Assembly: GCA_025057415.1 (NCBI GenBank)
Contig: JANWXI010000002.1
Location: forward strand, 3,497-67,496
Length of the DNA stretch: 64,000 nt
DNA from: Chitinophagales bacterium
GTDB taxonomy: Bacteria > Bacteroidota > Bacteroidia > Chitinophagales > LD1
Direction: 5' to 3'
Positions 29,021 through 38,598 of the stretch are shown here, one piece after another. A program made the translations under genes and the position numbers. Within the stretch, counting starts at the first letter, position 1. Every line of letters starts with the position of its first letter. The notes under the pieces were generated by a model that had not been told where the DNA came from, made no database searches, and saw only the letters and a list, made by a program, of their open reading frames with translations.

Positions 29021-29857
29021 ATGCAAAAAATTGATAATGCCATCATACACCCTTACGAATGGCCCGAAGGAGAGGAAATAATATATGTACGTCCGCCGGT
29101 GGAGGAATACCATGGCAAACTCCATAACTTTTATAGCACCGAAAGTTTTCCCGAGCTAAAACCTTTATTAGATAATTGGGAAAAAATCAGGGATGAGGTA
29201 TTGGCTGTAGAGGCGCGGGATGGTCTCTTGACAAAGCAAAACTCCCTTTCTCCTGCCAAAGTGGAGGGTGAGGGCAGTTGGAGTTTAACTTATCTGGTAA
29301 GTTTTAACTGGCTTTTTCACGAAAATATTAAGCGTTTTCCTGTAACCTGGAGCATTGTACAACAGATCCCGAACTGCGTATTTGCCGGTATAAGTATTTT
29401 GCCGCCTAAAACAGAAATCAAGCCACATTATGGCGATACAAACGGGATTGTGCGTGCTCATCTGGCTTTGGTAGTACCGGAGCCATATCCCACTATCGGG
29501 ATTCATGTGAATGGGGAAGAGCGCGGCTGGAAAGTGGGCGAAATAATGGCTTTCATCAATGTACAGAAACATCACGTGTGGAACCACAGCGACAAAAGAA
29601 GGTATGTGCTGATGTTTGATTTTGTACCCAAACCTCTGTTACCTCGCCTGAATGAGATTTGTACTAACGCGCTGGGGAATCAGAGCTTCGTATTTTTTTA
29701 CAGGCGCAGCGCAATTGTACGCAAAATGCCCGACTGGATGCATCGGCTAATGATTAAAATTTTTGCATTTATCTGGAAATGCTATTTACCCGTTCAGCGG
29801 CGGTTTAGTTGGGCCACCATTAAATCAGGTGATGTTCAGGATGTTCGCTATCGATGA
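29021..29857 (+). CDS. Aspartyl/asparaginyl beta-hydroxylase (LpxO/AspH-like) family oxygenase
   Basis: HYGDTNGIVRAHLALVVP, VQKHHVWN and a hydrophobic C-terminal segment (MIKIFAFIWKCYLP). Confidence 0.8.
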   Translation: MQKIDNAIIHPYEWPEGEEIIYVRPPVEEYHGKLHNFYSTESFPELKPLLDNWEKIRDEVLAVEARDGLLTKQNSLSPAKVEGEGSWSLTYLVSFNWLFHENIKRFPVTWSIVQQIPNCVFAGISILPPKTEIKPHYGDTNGIVRAHLALVVPEPYPTIGIHVNGEERGWKVGEIMAFINVQKHHVWNHSDKRRYVLMFDFVPKPLLPRLNEICTNALGNQSFVFFYRRSAIVRKMPDWMHRLMIKIFAFIWKCYLPVQRRFSWATIKSGDVQDVRYR

Positions 29858-30820
29858 TATTGGTTTTTGAAATAATAAATTGAATTCCAGCATAGGACCC
29901 ACGATACATTCTGTACACGGAGTTTTGCAGTTGAAAGATTTTTCCCAGTCATCCTCCAGAAGGTTTATACCGGGGGTTTTCCCTTTTGTATAAGCGCAAG
30001 GGTATGCGGTACCGGAGGCATCTATAAAGATATATCCTCTGCCGGCAGCACATCGGCTGCCAGTCACGTAGCGGGCGCTTTGCCGGTAATCTTTCCAGGA
30101 TATGATGTATTGAAGGTATGACTCGGAGCTGGCAATGGGAGCTCCTGATTGCTTTTGTTTAAGGATGTATTTCCAAAAGCGGCGGGCTTTTTCTTGCGGG
30201 AAATCCTCTTTGGCAGAACGCATCACTATTTCTGTATCGAAACATTCGGGTTGGAAATGCACGGTGAAGCGCTCTTCACGCGCTAATGCCAGCAGATATT
30301 CAGCATCTTCTGTTTCAAAATCGGTAATCACACAAATTGCGGTAAGAGGTTTACCTTGCCCGCGTATATCGCGTATAGCGGTGAGGACCTTCTCGTAGTC
30401 CTGCTTTCCACGATTTTTGATATGTCTGTCAGGAGGACCATCTAAACTAGTGAAAAAGTAATCGGCATCACGGAGTGTATCGGCATGCTTTTCGTATAAC
30501 AATAAATTACTGTTAACCGATACAAAGAAACCCTTCCTTTTAGCCATGCTTAAAATTTCAGGAAAATCCCTTCTGTATAGCGGTTCTCCGCCCAGTAATC
30601 CCAGGCGAATAACCCCCATTCGTTTTAATTTTGTAAATACGGTTTCAATTTGCTCAAGTGTCATTTCCGGCTCTTTGAGCAAGGGGAAATTACAGTAGGC
30701 ACAACGAATATTACAGCGATTCGTGACCACCATAGAAGCGCTGAATGGGCGGGGGGATGCACCCGACCTAATAGCTGCTAAACTTAACACATAACTCAGT
30801 ATCAACCGATGTTGTATCAC
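29825..30820 (-). CDS. Radical SAM enzyme with C-terminal Cys-rich SPASM/twitch-like domain
   Basis: VTNRCNIRCAYCNF cluster motif. C-terminal CAAGRGYIFIDASGTAYPCAY...CKTPCTEC. GTG start overlaps the upstream stop codon (GTGA). Confidence 0.75.
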   Translation of the reverse strand: MIQHRLILSYVLSLAAIRSGASPRPFSASMVVTNRCNIRCAYCNFPLLKEPEMTLEQIETVFTKLKRMGVIRLGLLGGEPLYRRDFPEILSMAKRKGFFVSVNSNLLLYEKHADTLRDADYFFTSLDGPPDRHIKNRGKQDYEKVLTAIRDIRGQGKPLTAICVITDFETEDAEYLLALAREERFTVHFQPECFDTEIVMRSAKEDFPQEKARRFWKYILKQKQSGAPIASSESYLQYIISWKDYRQSARYVTGSRCAAGRGYIFIDASGTAYPCAYTKGKTPGINLLEDDWEKSFNCKTPCTECIVGPMLEFNLLFQKPISSIANILNIT

Positions 30821-31986
30821 TTTATCGTTATTATTTTTTTTTCTTTCAGATAATTTACTACGTTGTTTGCCACAAATTTGCCTTTTATTGAGTCACCGGT
30901 TTCGTCTAAATGGCAATCGTCAATCCAATGTTTAGAAGGTATATCAGTATAGTTGTAATTGATGATGCCTACATTATACTTCATAGCTAATTTTTTTAGT
31001 GCATTGTTTAAGCCATCCAAGTTCTTAATATAATATGGTCGCTTGATACATTCTTCAGATAATTTGTTTACGGCAAAAGTCATCAGCATTATGTGTGATG
31101 AATCATAAAGCGCTTCTCTTATCAACGTAGAAATATTAGTTATTGCAGGAGATTTCATATAATCATTTGAAATTTCTTTTCGTACTATGTCAGGATACCA
31201 GTTACAAAAATAATAGTTGGTATTACTCATATTAGGCTGATCATGGTTTAATTTCTTCAATAAATCGTAACGTATTACCAAATAACTTATGAAATATGAC
31301 CTAAAAAAAATACGAGGGATAGGATATCTATAAACTAAATATGTCTCCGTTAGTCGGAAATTAACTTCATCAGGTGTATAGGAGAAAGAGTTGTTAAAAT
31401 CTATTTCAGCATCGTTACCGACAGAATGTAAGATAATTAAATTGGGTTTATAATATCTGAATTTGTGAAGATAAGCATTTAATTCATCACAAGATCTGCC
31501 GCCTTCTAAACCGGCATTAATCCCTTCAAAACCATTAAAATCTTTCATTTGAATCATGCCAGAATCTAAAAGTTGATTCAGAAATTTTATTGTTTGGGCA
31601 GGATATGTTTTATTAGGATTTAACACGCCACTTGAATATGTAGTAGATCCTCCTAAAAATAATATTCGATACTTATTGCCATGTAACATATTTACTTTCT
31701 CCCCTCTATATCCGTCTGAATTGTGTTGTAGAAAGTTACTTATCTGATAATTTGGAGTGGGCATAAAATTTAAATTAACAGCACCTACATATCTGGGTAA
31801 TACATTTTTAGATCCCTTCAATACCTCTCTTAGACGAAGAATTCTATCGGGGAATATATCCCTAAGATTGTCTGATTTATTTAAGTTGTGCAGTGCGAGG
31901 TAACCGATGCATTCCACAATAAATGACGTAACAATTAATATGACAGCAACGAATATACTATAGTATAATTTTTGTTTCATAAACAT
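30817..31986 (-). CDS. Membrane-anchored SGNH/GDSL-like hydrolase or acyltransferase
   Basis: N-terminal TM helix. Block I ILFLGGSTTYS, block III HSVGNDA, block V DDCHLDETG. Confidence 0.6.
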   Translation of the reverse strand: MFMKQKLYYSIFVAVILIVTSFIVECIGYLALHNLNKSDNLRDIFPDRILRLREVLKGSKNVLPRYVGAVNLNFMPTPNYQISNFLQHNSDGYRGEKVNMLHGNKYRILFLGGSTTYSSGVLNPNKTYPAQTIKFLNQLLDSGMIQMKDFNGFEGINAGLEGGRSCDELNAYLHKFRYYKPNLIILHSVGNDAEIDFNNSFSYTPDEVNFRLTETYLVYRYPIPRIFFRSYFISYLVIRYDLLKKLNHDQPNMSNTNYYFCNWYPDIVRKEISNDYMKSPAITNISTLIREALYDSSHIMLMTFAVNKLSEECIKRPYYIKNLDGLNNALKKLAMKYNVGIINYNYTDIPSKHWIDDCHLDETGDSIKGKFVANNVVNYLKEKKIITIK

Positions 31987-32785
31987 GGATTAATATATAT
32001 ATCCATGAAATTAAGAAATATATTCTCCAAATATACCATTTGATTAAAATATTTTGATTAGAAAAGCCAATACTTATTGGTATTAAAATCATAAATGCCA
32101 TTAATAAACTACGGCTACTTAGCCATACTGAATAACCTGTACATAAACCTAATGTATTTTTCATGTATAATGTAAATTTTCTCAGTTTGACTGCTGATGT
32201 ATTCACGTTGGTTATTCGATCAATTTCAATGTCATGCTCTATCTGATGTATGTGTGCTATGGAAGTCATGAGTCCTGATATTACACAAAGAGAAAGGTTT
32301 ACTCTAGGAGCTAAAACAGTTAACAATCCTCCCCAAATACCTACGATAATAATGTCTAATACCGGTAATGATTTAAAAAATGATGAGTAGGCGAAATTTA
32401 CTATATATAAAAGAAATAGTCCCCACGATTGCTTGTATTTCCAAAATAACAACCCATATGTTATTGATAAAATTGTTAAGAAGATAATTACTATCAGAAA
32501 AATCTGTTGATTATTGTTTATTTCTTCCACAAACGGTTGAAATTTTTTTGGGTTAAGGCGGTCGTTATAACGATCGGCATAATCGTTATAACCGTACAAG
32601 GCACATAACGTCAGAATGCTGTGCAAACCGGTGGCGATTGCCCACATAACATCATGGGTAGAGAAGTATGCGTGTAACACATTGAAAATCCAAATACCTC
32701 CTTCGCCCAGCTTCCAGCGCAGCCACAGCGGATAAAAAGCAAAACGCAGGAGCTGGGATAAATTGATGTTTGTACCGGTACGCAA
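31958..32785 (-). CDS. UbiA-family prenyltransferase / polyprenyl-phosphate transferase
   Basis: Polytopic 275-aa protein. First Asp-rich motif NDYADRYND (NDxxDxxxD) and second motif DIEID (DxxxD). Confidence 0.6.
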   Translation of the reverse strand: MRTGTNINLSQLLRFAFYPLWLRWKLGEGGIWIFNVLHAYFSTHDVMWAIATGLHSILTLCALYGYNDYADRYNDRLNPKKFQPFVEEINNNQQIFLIVIIFLTILSITYGLLFWKYKQSWGLFLLYIVNFAYSSFFKSLPVLDIIIVGIWGGLLTVLAPRVNLSLCVISGLMTSIAHIHQIEHDIEIDRITNVNTSAVKLRKFTLYMKNTLGLCTGYSVWLSSRSLLMAFMILIPISIGFSNQNILIKWYIWRIYFLISWIYILIHVYETKIIL

Positions 32786-32806
32786 GCGTTACAATTTAAT
32801 TTAATT

Positions 32807-34198
32807 TTAGCAAAAATACTTGTGGATGTAATACCTAACCCCCCTGATTATTACAGAGGCGTTTGCGGCATCGGCAGTTTGTGCAAAACGCTCGTCTCCG
32901 TAAAAACACACGATAGCCAACCATGCAATGGATATAATCGATAAAATCGCCCATGAGCTTAAGATGTTTTTTTTAGAAAAAAATACAGGTATAAAAAAGA
33001 GTGCTACGTATAGTAAAAGCGATTTAGCGCTGAAAGCGTTCAATACTTTAGCAATCATTAAACGGAAAAATAACCATGGGTGTTCCCGGTAGAAGTGAAG
33101 CAATTTGCAATGTTTATTCATTTCTTTCGGCAGTTGATTAAAAAAAGAAGTTTTGATAATTCGCCACTCGGGGTGAAAATCCCCATCGGTACAGAATTCA
33201 TTGTGCACATTCAAAATGTTGTATTCGCCCAGTTGGTTAGTGATAAGGATGAAGTCATTTTCGCGCGCATGCTGATACTGATGAAACTTCAGAATGTCTT
33301 CTATAACATCCTCACGTATTTTACCTTGACGATTAAAAATCTCCCGATGATGCTGAAGCATCAGGCGGGGAGATGTTGCCTCCAATCTATTACTGAAGCG
33401 CAACCGGTTTGGAATGTCTTTTTGTATGACTGAATTTATAAACACTATCCATGGGAGCCAAATTACCAACACACCCATCAAGTAGTATAATATATACTTT
33501 CCGAAAGTAATCGTCCTGAGCTTTTTCAAGCCATAAATGTACCCTGCAGCAATGAATACCACAACAGGCAAAAAGTAACCTTTCGATAACAGCAAAAGAG
33601 CGGTAACAACTCCTGCCAAAACATGAAAAAACGCCTTGCGGTACTTGGCGGCTATAACTAACAATAAACAAGTACAACCAACCAGGCAGGCAGTCAGTAA
33701 TTCTGCATCATAATTGAATATTTCCCCATTCCGCAACAAATACACTACTGTTGCCGCGATGATTGAAAACATCCACCCGCCATTCATCAAATAAACGCTA
33801 GCTGCCACTGAAAAACACAATACCATCAAACACAACACATTGAATTGTACGGCAGTTTGCGGTTTAAATCCAAACCAACTATACGTCATGCCGATTAGCA
33901 GTGAATACAGGGGGGGTTTACTGGAGAAAAACATCGTACCGGCATAGTATGTGTCGCGGTAATATTTCACACTGTCGGGATGAGCGCAAAGTTTGTAATC
34001 GTTTATATGACTTAAAAAACCATATACGGGGAAGCGATGATGCAGAGCCAAATTTGCCGCAGGAAGATGGTACTCAAAAAAGTCGGGGTTGAAACCATTC
34101 GGAGAAAAATACTCCGATGTTGCTGTTTTATTGCATATAAATATACACATGCAAAGCCATGCTAATCCTGCCACAAAAATTAGTCGTTTAATTACCAT
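32807..34198 (-). CDS. GT-C fold glycosyltransferase (ArnT/PMT, GT39/GT83-like)
   Basis: 463-aa polytopic protein. SKPPLYSLLIGMTYSWFG resembles the conserved first-loop motif of ArnT/PMT_2-type enzymes. Confidence 0.55.
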   Translation of the reverse strand: MVIKRLIFVAGLAWLCMCIFICNKTATSEYFSPNGFNPDFFEYHLPAANLALHHRFPVYGFLSHINDYKLCAHPDSVKYYRDTYYAGTMFFSSKPPLYSLLIGMTYSWFGFKPQTAVQFNVLCLMVLCFSVAASVYLMNGGWMFSIIAATVVYLLRNGEIFNYDAELLTACLVGCTCLLLVIAAKYRKAFFHVLAGVVTALLLLSKGYFLPVVVFIAAGYIYGLKKLRTITFGKYILYYLMGVLVIWLPWIVFINSVIQKDIPNRLRFSNRLEATSPRLMLQHHREIFNRQGKIREDVIEDILKFHQYQHARENDFILITNQLGEYNILNVHNEFCTDGDFHPEWRIIKTSFFNQLPKEMNKHCKLLHFYREHPWLFFRLMIAKVLNAFSAKSLLLYVALFFIPVFFSKKNILSSWAILSIISIAWLAIVCFYGDERFAQTADAANASVIIRGVRYYIHKYFC

Positions 34199-34270
34199 TA
34201 CACTGGTACTCAGCGTTTCAGATTTTACAATAAGAATTTACATTGAACAGAACCCTAAATTAAAATAAAA

Positions 34271-35386
34271 TCATTTCTGCTTGCATTTCATGCTGTCGGA
34301 AATCTTTATGCCTGGGCGATTCGTTATCAAATTAAATATATGGTAGGCAACAACTTGCTGAAAAGGGGGATGTAAGTGACAATCGTCCGTAAATACGGGT
34401 TCTGTTTCCTGGTCGAATATATTTTTCATATCCACTAAAAAATCAGGATGCCTCAAACACTCCTGAGCCAGAAGAGGATAATAGGATTTGTACTGGCTTA
34501 TCATGTCAATTACGTAACCATCCTGGTTAATCTGTCTGTAGCTACTTACGCCCTGCACCGGCTGTAAAATTCCGATGAATCTGTAACCGTAGTGTTCGGC
34601 AAGCGCCTGCATTGTATTCATGTTTGCAGCCCAAAATCGAAAAACTTGCTCAGCATAATTACTATTGTAGTTTTTATTGTAGTAATTATCCCGTATTTCT
34701 TTGTAATAGTCATTTATTTTAGCGTGTTCCCGAGCATCTTTAAGATAAAATAAATGTTGCAGAGCAATCCACAGGTTTGGAACATAGCGCGGAGGTACGG
34801 GCTTATTGCAATTAATGTAAAAATCTTGTTCAAATATTGATATGAAACGGGGTTCTATTTCGTTTGCACCTGAGTAGGATAGATGTATATCCGGGATAAA
34901 GTTTCTTAAATCAGTACTCAATAATTTCAGCAGTTCTTGACCTGAGTTGTAACCCCCCACGGCTCCAATAATTATTTTTGCACAAATCCCTGCTGAGTCA
35001 AATAGCTTTGTAAGCAGAGTGGGCCAGTTTTGGGGAATGACAGCGGGATCCGTTGTACTTCCTCCTGATAGGTATATTACGAGTGTGTCAGCACAATTAC
35101 AATTCCCATGAAAGACGATATTACCAAATTCTGTTTTAAAACCTTTCTTGCATAGGATAGAGTCGCTCATCCTCCATCCGAGGAGAGGATCAATAATATC
35201 AAACTCTATGGCTTGAAGCGACTCAAAGCCGCCTGCAGGATAAGTGTTAAACTCTTTGTTATATAATATCGGCTTGCGCTCGTTTTCAGGCAAAGAGAAA
35301 TATGCGATTAATTCAAAAATTGTGATAAAAACAATACAACATATAACTAGTATTATTATTCCGTAAAATTTATTAATGTAAGCCAT
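34271..35386 (-). CDS. Membrane-anchored SGNH-like protein (divergent)
   Basis: N-terminal TM helix. YLSGGSTTDP (block I), SGANE (degenerate block III), DDCHLHPP (block V). Confidence 0.5.
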   Translation of the reverse strand: MAYINKFYGIIILVICCIVFITIFELIAYFSLPENERKPILYNKEFNTYPAGGFESLQAIEFDIIDPLLGWRMSDSILCKKGFKTEFGNIVFHGNCNCADTLVIYLSGGSTTDPAVIPQNWPTLLTKLFDSAGICAKIIIGAVGGYNSGQELLKLLSTDLRNFIPDIHLSYSGANEIEPRFISIFEQDFYINCNKPVPPRYVPNLWIALQHLFYLKDAREHAKINDYYKEIRDNYYNKNYNSNYAEQVFRFWAANMNTMQALAEHYGYRFIGILQPVQGVSSYRQINQDGYVIDMISQYKSYYPLLAQECLRHPDFLVDMKNIFDQETEPVFTDDCHLHPPFQQVVAYHIFNLITNRPGIKISDSMKCKQK

Positions 35387-36500
35387 TTGCTACTGGTTTA
35401 TGTAAAATTTGATGCAAGTACGGTTCAATTAAATCTGCCTTGACTTTCTCCCCAATTTCATTCACGTGTATCCCGTCATTAGGAATGAATAAGCTATCAG
35501 GAAAGGAAGATTTAGGGAGTATGCAAACCGGAACAGATCTCTCATTGCCCACCCGGATAGTGTATTCATTATTTATCAAAATGCCTTCATACAACAGATT
35601 TTTGAATGTTGCCGGCATTTGTATTGTATCCACTACTTCTGTCACAAGAAGTATTTTACACCCGTGGCTTTGTAAGATTTTTACCAGTTCAGTTAAGTTG
35701 TTGTAATAACCGTTGGCAGTGGGCTTAAATTTTTCTTCATTGCCACCCGGGTACCACACGTGATCATCGTGATATGAGAAAAATGGATTTTCCGTAAAAC
35801 TGTTATTAAGATACTCTTTGTAGCGGGTCTTAGTTAGCATAAAAGTAAGGATATTGCTGTATGAAAAAATCCGACTCGTATTGTTAACGGGCAAAGGGTT
35901 TTTAAAAACTACTTTGGCAGTGTGGTAGTCCGGCTGGTAAATGTATCCGGGTAATGATACTGTAGTGAAAGCATCGTTAATACCGGCATGAATTACTACA
36001 ACATCGGGGTGGAGATATTTGTACTTAAGCAGATAGTGTACAAGTAATTCTGCACTGGTTGCAGCTCCTAGTCCGGCATTAATACACTCAATGTTTCTGT
36101 TGTGTTTGTTAGGATTGCGAACTGTGTCGTTAAAACGTCTCTCCAATAAGAACGGAAACGTGTGTTCCGTTTTTTCAACTTCGCCAAATGTCGTACTACC
36201 CCCCAGGAACAAAACACGAGTTACGTTCGGTGGTTTGGGAATTATTATATCTCTGGGGTGACGCAGCCCCCATGTGTTAATTTGATGATGACCTGAATTA
36301 TCGGTATAAGCCGGGTTATTGATGTAATTGAGGAAGGGCTGAGAGATGTAGAGCGGTTGAGGGTTGGAAGAGCGTAGGTATTGTTGTACATACCTGTAAG
36401 GTTTATCTTCCGTAAACATTACAATACCAAATGTTAAATCAGCCAGCAAAAGCATCAAAATCAAAAAGCATAACAGAAAAAATATTTTGATATACCTCAT
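35373..36500 (-). CDS. Membrane-anchored SGNH/GDSL-like hydrolase or acyltransferase
   Basis: N-terminal TM helix. FLGGSTTFGE, HAGINDA, NDGIHVNEIGEK. Close paralog of 39983..41101. Confidence 0.65.
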   Translation of the reverse strand: MRYIKIFFLLCFLILMLLLADLTFGIVMFTEDKPYRYVQQYLRSSNPQPLYISQPFLNYINNPAYTDNSGHHQINTWGLRHPRDIIIPKPPNVTRVLFLGGSTTFGEVEKTEHTFPFLLERRFNDTVRNPNKHNRNIECINAGLGAATSAELLVHYLLKYKYLHPDVVVIHAGINDAFTTVSLPGYIYQPDYHTAKVVFKNPLPVNNTSRIFSYSNILTFMLTKTRYKEYLNNSFTENPFFSYHDDHVWYPGGNEEKFKPTANGYYNNLTELVKILQSHGCKILLVTEVVDTIQMPATFKNLLYEGILINNEYTIRVGNERSVPVCILPKSSFPDSLFIPNDGIHVNEIGEKVKADLIEPYLHQILHKPVANGLH

Positions 36501-36542
36501 AATGTATATCAGTTAGGGTTATATGCGATTATATTCAATTTA

Positions 36543-37316
36543 TTAACTAACCATATCAACCAGATGCCAAAGTACTCGCTGAAGTGGCAAATAAATATAC
36601 CATACTATCGCCAACAATCGGGAAAGCAGCAGGGCGATCGGTTCGGGTATTTTTTTTAATAACCATAGCCGGTTTTCTATAAACACCCAACTTTGCGCAC
36701 CTAATACACGCGCACAAATCCACCACCTGCGTTTTTCCCAATTTGGATGGATGATATCCACGCAAAAGATATACCTGCGCTCATTACTGTAATTCCATAC
36801 AGTATGCAGATGCGCCTCACTGAATAGCAATAACTTACCCTCTTCCCACCCGCGCTCTTCATCTGCCACCCGGATGCCACACACGGGGTGAGGCGCCGGA
36901 ATTTTTAAACCCAAATGACAGCGAATTACGGCATTGGTATCACCGTAATGCGGCGTTAGAGTGCCGCCCGGATTGAGTGCTGCAAAAGCCGCAAAAGTGA
37001 GCCCGGGGATTTTATCAATGATGGCACACGTTTTGGGAAAGTATTTTCTGTTTTTGTAGTAACGCCATAGGAAATTTTCCAGATATAGATTGCTCCAGGG
37101 GCTGTCGTTTGAAGTACCGGGAGGGGAATAAGTACTCAAACCCTGTAAAGGTCCATGTTTTTGTTCGTAGGCAATTAGTTCATCGCGTATTTCCTGCCAG
37201 TGATCGCTCAAAACTTTTAAATCAGGGAATTGCTCCGGAGTATAAAATGCGGGCAATTTCCCGTTATAGTAATTATTACGAAGGTGGATTATCAATGGTT
37301 CGGTGCTGTTTGACAT
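36543..37316 (-). CDS. Aspartyl/asparaginyl beta-hydroxylase (LpxO/AspH-like) family oxygenase
   Basis: HYGDTNAVIRCHLGLKIP, EAHLHTVWN and a hydrophobic C-terminal segment (LLLSRLLAIVWYIYLP). Confidence 0.8.
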   Translation of the reverse strand: MSNSTEPLIIHLRNNYYNGKLPAFYTPEQFPDLKVLSDHWQEIRDELIAYEQKHGPLQGLSTYSPPGTSNDSPWSNLYLENFLWRYYKNRKYFPKTCAIIDKIPGLTFAAFAALNPGGTLTPHYGDTNAVIRCHLGLKIPAPHPVCGIRVADEERGWEEGKLLLFSEAHLHTVWNYSNERRYIFCVDIIHPNWEKRRWWICARVLGAQSWVFIENRLWLLKKIPEPIALLLSRLLAIVWYIYLPLQRVLWHLVDMVS

Positions 37317-37346
37317 AGCTATATATTCAGTAACTTCATAATATGT

Positions 37347-38597
37347 TTAATTATCAGTAGCGTTTGTTGCATACAATTCATCAAACAAGCACTTGGCTAT
37401 AACAGAATATCCTTGCGGGGTACAGTGACCATCCACCGGCCAGTATAGAGAGTAAATTTGTTTATCATTTGTCAAATAATATTCATACATACATGGCAAT
37501 AATGATATGACTTTAATGTCTGGTATTTCTAACAATTTTTTATGTAAATTTTCAATATTAGAACGAAATGACTGAATATCAGTAGCGAAAGGGATTAACA
37601 CCACCGTCAGTTGTATTCCCTTTTCACGGGCAAAACGCACATAGTGTTCTTTGATAATATTAACTAATATATCTTCACTTTTCTTGATTTCATTATTGAA
37701 TTCTATGCTTTTTTTCAGAAAATAGTTGTAATGAAAAACATCATGAACAACTAGTCTGATTATGTAAAAACCTGCATAGAATATCTCCCACCATGGCGCT
37801 GAAGAAAATTGTAATACACAATCTTTATGAAAACGCTCAATGCCCCCCCGCATACATATATCATTTAAATCAGATTCATTAATTGCCAATATAACTTGTT
37901 TAATCTGGTACTGGCTACAAAGATATTTTAGCACAAACCACTCCATAACCGGATCGCTGCCCGATATGCCTCCGTTTATTAAATTATAGTTTTGTTTGAA
38001 GTGGTGATTAAAAAAACTGGCATATAAAAAAGGCCATGTACTGTCGCAAGGAGTACCTATCCCTTCGGTAAAGGAGTCGCCTAAAGTCAGGATAATATCT
38101 CCTGTGTTCTTATCGGGCAAATCGCCTCTTAAACCCAAAGCGTTATACGCATGTTCATAGCAATATTCACCCATGCTACAGAAATTTTCCCGGGTAAGGG
38201 GATTTTGAACTATTTTCCAATAATTATCCGCGTTGCACCCTAGATACTTTTTTAATACACATACGTAATCAGGCCGCTCATAAGGCGAAGCGTAAAAAAA
38301 ATTACCTTTTCTCTCGTTATAGCTCTGGTGGCGTTTCAAACAATACCGTAAGTATAACTCTGCCATCAGTATGGAAAGTATTAAACTAACGGTTGTCAAC
38401 AGTAAATTTGCGTGCATGGAGGATGGAAATAAACGTAAAACCAGCGCCCTTACCATAGTATAAAATAATAACAACAGACTAACTGTTAGCAGTATGCTAC
38501 CTGCCCCGGCAAGAAAATAGATCAGTATGTTAAAGCTGATAAAACAAATTATTAAAATGTTGAATGCACCTTGGAAAATTGTTAGATATTTAATCAT
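37347..38597 (-). CDS. Membrane-anchored SGNH/GDSL-like hydrolase
   Basis: Three N-terminal hydrophobic helices. LGDSFTEGIG (classic GDS block I), GGISGSDP (block II-like), VDGHCTPQGY (block V). Confidence 0.6.
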   Translation of the reverse strand: MIKYLTIFQGAFNILIICFISFNILIYFLAGAGSILLTVSLLLLFYTMVRALVLRLFPSSMHANLLLTTVSLILSILMAELYLRYCLKRHQSYNERKGNFFYASPYERPDYVCVLKKYLGCNADNYWKIVQNPLTRENFCSMGEYCYEHAYNALGLRGDLPDKNTGDIILTLGDSFTEGIGTPCDSTWPFLYASFFNHHFKQNYNLINGGISGSDPVMEWFVLKYLCSQYQIKQVILAINESDLNDICMRGGIERFHKDCVLQFSSAPWWEIFYAGFYIIRLVVHDVFHYNYFLKKSIEFNNEIKKSEDILVNIIKEHYVRFAREKGIQLTVVLIPFATDIQSFRSNIENLHKKLLEIPDIKVISLLPCMYEYYLTNDKQIYSLYWPVDGHCTPQGYSVIAKCLFDELYATNATDN

Positions 38598-38598
38598 G

